A stretch of 64,000 bases of DNA, taken from Lama guanicoe (taxonomy: Eukaryota). Where the stretch lies: contig MU053304.1 of the NCBI GenBank assembly GCA_013239625.1, forward strand, positions 930,001-994,000, read 5' to 3'. The translations under genes were made by a program, and so were the position numbers. Below are positions 58,223 through 64,000 of this stretch, piece after piece. Numbering within the stretch: position 1 is the stretch's first letter; every line of letters starts with the position of its first letter. The notes beneath the pieces are model-generated. The model was given only the letters and a program-made list of their open reading frames with translations, was not told where the DNA came from and searched no databases.

Positions 58223-61200
58223 TGGTTCATCCAATGATCACATTTATAAATCACTCTAAATGTAATGGCCCAGCCCAAATCTCAACTTATCCAAAAATGA
58301 TTCCGATGGTGGTAGGCCTATTCATTTATGAGATTTCATTATGTGCTGAGAAGGATTTGAGAGAAGAAAAATACCTGGTGTCTGCCTCTAGGAACTAACA
58401 GGGGGGAGAGGTGGACACGCCGACAGAACTTCACACAGCGGGATGAAGAGGGGTGGGGGATCCTGGCATGTGACTGTCCAGCACACACAGTTTCCGTTCT
58501 TTAAGGGTAATGCCTACAGTCCACGACAAGCACTGTGAGGCCCAAGGCAAGGCCAGTGTGGGGAAGCGTCTGCAGATGAGCTCAGTGGCAGTGACTGCCA
58601 AGTGGGATGCTGATGGCAGTTTGGGTGGGGTAGGTCTTTATTGTATGGAACTGTCTTGTGCATTGCATTCTTGGCCTTCACCTCGAACGGCCCAAGCATC
58701 CCCTAGTCACTGTGACAACCAGCACTGCCTAGACATCTCCCTGGGTGCGAGGGTAGTGCTGCCCAGGTCCCCACTGCCCTGGGGAAATCTAACCACCAGG
58801 GGTCAGCGGCTCAAAGGGGCTGTGAATCCCCGGCACCTGGCTACTCAGGCATTCATTCTCATGAAGTGGTGGGCGTGGAGGGGAAAGGGGTGGGAGTGGG
58901 AGGGCAGCACCAGGGCCCTGGTCCCAGGCCCAACTCACTCGGAGTAGACACCTGCTGTTTTTAGCTGCCTAGCATCCATTCCCATTTCCTTTGGTTAAAA
59001 ATTACCCAGATTACTGTTTTGTCTCTTCCCTGCTCTCAGGCTCATACTTTCCATGGAGTTGACCTCAGTTCCAAAGGCGGCTGTGTAAGCCCAGCCTGGC
59101 CAGTCAGAGCACAGCATTCCCCTGGGCAGAGAACGGGTTCTGGGAGGGACACAGGACCTATCCAGAACCCCATCGGATCAGAGGCCTTTTGATGTTGGCA
59201 AACAGGCTTCCTTCCTGCCAGACTTGACCTTCAGAGGCAGGGAGGTTGTTGCTGGGGAAGCCATCTGGCCACCTGGTGGGAAAAGCTTGCCTAAACCTGA
59301 GCACAGAACCAACACAGCAAGCAGATGGGGAGAAATGGGCTTTGGGGGCACTGGCTGCACCCCTAGAAGAAACTACACCAGAACTGGAACTCTCTTGACT
59401 TTTATAGGAATCAATACATTTTTGTTTTGCTCAGGTCAGTTTGCGTTAGATTAGCCAACATTTGCAACGAAAGGGGACCTAATTAATATGCCAGAAAAAG
59501 GAGCTAAATATATTCAGTCAGAGGAGCTGGGCTGACAAGAGGCTGTAGCCCCTGCCCCACCTCCTCAGTCCCCTCCACCATGTCTGTGGGTCCCTTTCAT
59601 CCCAATCTGCAGAACAGATAGCAACGTGACCCCACCCCATTCCACCCCCGGAAGTCAGCATTCTGCTTCCGGAGGCTGGCTTCCCAGAGGAGGTTCCTGT
59701 TAATCCGGGGGTGCACTCTCCAGGAAAGGAAGTCCTGTGATTGGGAGGTGGTGAGTGGACTCTGGGATTCCTGGTAACTGTCCTGGCCCCCTGCCCAATC
59801 ACACCTGTGCTGGAGCAGGCAGATCAGCTCCTGCCTCCCCAAGGGTTGTCCTGCTGGCCTCTTAGAGGTGAGCGGGTCATCCAGGTGCTCTGTGCGGTTG
59901 CTCCCCTGAGTTCAGGGTTGTCCTCACCTGGTTACTACCCATCCCCTCCCATCCCCCTGCTTCAGTACACTCTGGACTCCCATCCTTTACCATCTGCATT
60001 TTTTTACCTGGGGACTTCCTCTCTCCAGTGGACAAAAGTGCAGGGGAATTAACCACCTCCCTCCCAGCAGCCTTTAATCAACAACTGACAGGATGGGTGT
60101 GTAAACAACCGGCTTCTCCTCCTCAGGTGGGATTACTCAGAGGTGTGTGTTCTGTTTCCTGGCACTGCCCCAGCAGGACTCAGCTTCATTTGCCCCCAGT
60201 GGCCACTGCACCTGTATTCATTGTTCTCCCTTCCCTGTTTCATACTCGTCTCCCCTCCTGGTGTTTCCAGGGATCTCCTTGAACTAAGAGCTCTGCCACC
60301 GCTGCTCAGGAGCTAGATGTCCAAACTACCAGGCACTGACTGGGTTCAGCTAAGTCACTGGACAGACCAGAAAGCTGCAAACTGTGCCTCCCCCTGCCCT
60401 TCGTCTCTCCCAACACAGGTGAAGCTAAATGAAGCCAGTTCCCAGAGACAGAGTGTTCCTGGGCACAGGGCCTCTGTTCTCCAAGGTGCAGGCCTAGGAA
60501 AAAGCCAGTGCATTTCTCCTGGTCCCACTAACTGGAATTACTGCTGGATCCAAGTGCAGTTGACTAATTATGTTAGCTATTGAATTAAGTTGTCTAATTC
60601 CTGCATTTACAGTGGGAAAATCTAAAATAGTTGGTTCTATGAATGTATGCAGAGAAAGTTGCCCACCTTGGGTCTGTGACCCCCAGCAGCAAGGACAGGA
60701 TCCCACCCTGGTTTACCTGGGGCTCACTGAGACCCCCACATTTATCTTCCTACCCATCCATTTGCCAAGTCCAACCCTTGTGTCTCTGGGTAAAATACAC
60801 TAAAGAAATAGAATTTTGTTTTGTTTTGTTTTGTTTTGTTCTATTTTGGTGACAAGAAGGATCCTTGATGGAAACTGGATCTGTAAGAAAAATAAAAACA
60901 GAGCCATTAGCTTCGACAATACTCTCTGGCCCCGGAATTCTGGTGGCTTTCCAGTTTTATAGCCTCAGCGGTGACAGTTTAGCAGCTAAGATCCTCCTGT
61001 GGAAAAATAAATTATTTAGGATTCAAATTTCTTCCATTCATCATGTCCACTCTTCCTTTTGTCCAAACACAGCCTCACAGAGACTGTTTTTTTTTTTCCC
61101 TTCAGGCTGTAAGGAACTTATGCAAAGTGCTTAGCATCACTGTGCTTGGTCACTGTCAGTGTCTTCTGTGTCCTCTCCCTGCTCCCAGGGCCCCCAGCAG

Positions 61201-62999
61201 CTGTGATGGAGCCTTGCTCTCCCAAAGCTAGACCATGGTGGTGAGTTTTACTACATTCAGTGCCCAAAAGGAGAGGGGATGCAGCCCCTTTCATTTTAGC
61301 GCAGCATCATTCACTGGTGGGATGCTGAGAGAGAGAGGCTCACCAAGCTTTAGGAAAGAAAATTCTAGAAAGATCTCCCCCAAGAGAGGAGGCTTTGCCA
61401 CTGTCATCAGATGGTTCTTCACTTTCCAGACTGAGAAGAACACCAAACTGCTCATTTCCCTTCCAGAGTCTAAGAGCAGAGCCTGCGAGACTCAGGATGA
61501 CTCAGCAAACCCCCGTAATTCATCCCTGCCCCTCCGCTCCCCCAACACACACGTGCACACTGAGTCACACACCCTCAGGATGGCTTTCAGTGGCTAACGC
61601 ACTAAAGCCAGAGATGTCTCCAGGCCAATAGAACTGCGCTTTGAAATTCATCCTGCACTGGCTACCATATCAACTTCTTAAAACATTCTTGCCTGTTGCA
61701 GTGGGTGCTGCTGGCTGCTTTCCCCAGATCCCTCCTCTTCCTTCCCAGCAGGGTTTTAGTGCTCCCCTTCTTTGTCCAGCCTTCTCCTAGATGGAAGCAG
61801 TCCCAGCCCTAGGGGCAGAGCGTCGGGGTAGCTGTAGGTTGGTCTAATCCAGTCATAGTAATCCAAACCCCTGCGCTAGTTGTTTGCTTAAGAAGGGGCA
61901 TGAGATCCAATTCAGGGGCACGTCACTCCAATCAGGGGGCAAGTATACTGGGGAGGGGGCTCCTGGGAAAAATTTCTTAACTCAAGAAGAGACACAAGGA
62001 AAGGTGGCCTTTCCATCCCCCACCCCTCTAGCTTTTGGCAGTCAGGTGTGAGGATACAATTCTGGGGGCTCCTCTAGACTTCTGCACAGGAGGGAAAGCT
62101 CTGATGGTGTCAGAGCTGGAAGCTGGAAAAGTCCCCAGGTCTCTGATGACACTGTTGAGTTACAGCCCTGACACTTCCCAACTGTTCTGTTGTTATCTGA
62201 GATGATCTCCTTATTATCATTTTGAATTCTGTTTTCTGAAGTTTGCAGCACCAAGTAATCTTACTCATAATCCACTTACAAATCAAGTCTCAAAATGCCT
62301 TGCAGCATTTGGAAACCTACCAGTTTTTACCCTTTCATTTTAGAACTGAATTAAAGAGAGTGATGACACTGGCAGAATATTTTTTTCAGTTTACAAAGCA
62401 GCTTAACTGTGGGAGGTATGTAAGTTTCATTCAACTTTCATTCAACTAGTGAATTTTTCTCATGAAGCAGTGAAAACTTTTTGCACCTCAAAGTGTCTGC
62501 ATTGAGAACAGTGACTGAGAATACAGGACACCTGGGAAGGGGGCGCTCAGTGAGCACCTGGGTTGGCCCATAGAGCCCGAGTGCTGGTTCAGGGTCCTCC
62601 CTCTGTTTATTTTACAGATGGAGATGGGTGCTGGTGCCAGGATGGGAGAGCACATGTTTGTCTGCCCACATTCAGCAGGGAACAGGAGAACAAGCAGAAA
62701 GGAGGCTGCTGGATCCTTACGAGCAGAGGTCACAGCCCTGCTCACCAGTCCCTCCCACTGAGATACATCTCTTTGCCTTTTTCTACCTGTGGACACTTGT
62801 TGACCTGAGTCTACATGTTCTCCTTGTCTCTGGAAACTTACTGGGATCCTGCATGCTCACTGAGACCCAGAGGAGACCCAGAGCAGGTCTTCTCCACAGG
62901 CTCCCTCCTTCACTATCAGACTTCTCATCTTTGGCCTCAGTTCCTGGCCCTCTGCTTTCTCCCTACGTCATCTCAGCCGCTGCCTAGGACTTTAAATCT

Positions 63000-63425
63000 C
63001 AACAATTGCTGAAGACTCCTATGTTCACAGCTAAGACCCACCTGTCCTGTGACCTCCCTCTATCCCTCTGCCTATGTGACATTTCCACTTGGTTGGTCAA
63101 TGTCTCAAAATTAGCAACAAAACAGAACCCTTGATTTCTATCCCTTATCATGCCTTGGTCCTCTGTCAATGACATCCCAACCTTGGAGACATCTTTGAGG
63201 CTTGCTTCTCTTTCCCTCATTATTTCACCCAGTCTATCAGCCAGACTTGCTGGTTCTTCTCCCAAAATATACCCATTCAATTTCCGCTCCACAGCCATCA
63301 CTCTGTTCCAGGCACCATCTTTGCCTGCCTGGACCAGTGCAAGTGATTCCTGCCTAATTGTCCTCCCCCTTTCCATTCTGTACCCAACAGGCACTGTGAT
63401 TATTTTGAAATCTAAACCAGCAGCT
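63000..63425 (+). mobile_element. L2 LINE fragment
   Basis: GACATTTCCACTTGG...CCAGGCACCATC...CTGGACCAGTGCAAG...TCCATTCTGTACCCAACAG. Confidence 0.6.
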
Positions 63426-63887
63426 TGGGCTCCTCCCCTGTGAGGCGGGGATGAATGACCGGCAATGATGGGAAAGGCAGGGAGCAAGTTCTGAGGAGAA
63501 GCTCTGAGCTGCATAGGAACCTCTGTTCCCACTTCTCCCATCTCCTTCTATGTGTCTGTGACTCAGGGAACCACCCCAGGCCAGGGATCCATGGGAAACT
63601 CTGTTTTGACAATCCCAACAATAGGTCTTGCATTGTCCACAAGCGAGCCTGGGGTGCCGTGCCAAGAGAGCTGTGCCAGAGGACTGGGACCAGGAATGCA
63701 GCACTCAGTTCTAAGCTGAGAGGCTGGGAGCTTGGTCCACCCATAAGGACCTCCTGTATTCAGAGAAGGAATAGACACTAGCCCTGTGCTGTAGGGCTGG
63801 CAAGTTAGTGGGCTTGAGGACCACGTGGGCACAAAAGGGGTCCACGTACCTGCGGGACTGCAGGCCTGGGGACTTGTTCACAGGGAT

Positions 63888-63998
<111 letters not shown>

Positions 63999-64000
63999 AA

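Noticed and set aside
40000..62000. Numerous 60-190 aa ORFs in the intergenic interval
   Set aside because: No homology or exon structure recognised; mostly repeat-derived or starting at non-ATG codons

Overview
Mammalian genomic DNA, most likely a camelid, judged from four Vic-1-like tRNA-Ala-derived SINEs. The gene order matches human 2q37.1 and all three genes lie on the minus strand. (1) PSMD1/Rpn2: coding exons 1-16 (22768->960), all GT-AG and in frame, with a CpG-island promoter carrying ARE-like and CTCF-like motifs. (2) C2orf72 orthologue: 3 exons (37765->31859); exon 1 carries a frameshifting 136-bp tandem duplication, either an assembly artefact or a real loss-of-function allele. 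(3) SPATA3: only the last coding exon, at the right edge. The rest is intronic or intergenic sequence with MIR, L2, L1, DNA-transposon, MaLR, ERV1 and ERV-L relics, including a multi-level LTR nest at about 49.3-51.5 kb. I found no new multi-gene system. The most notable observations are a recursive-splice-type AG|GTAAGT at PSMD1 exon 16, two short templated insertions copied from 1.3-2.4 kb away, the C2orf72 duplication, and a second open frame in the SPATA3 exon encoding a hydrophobic tail. Gene identities and repeat family names come from recalled sequences, not database searches.
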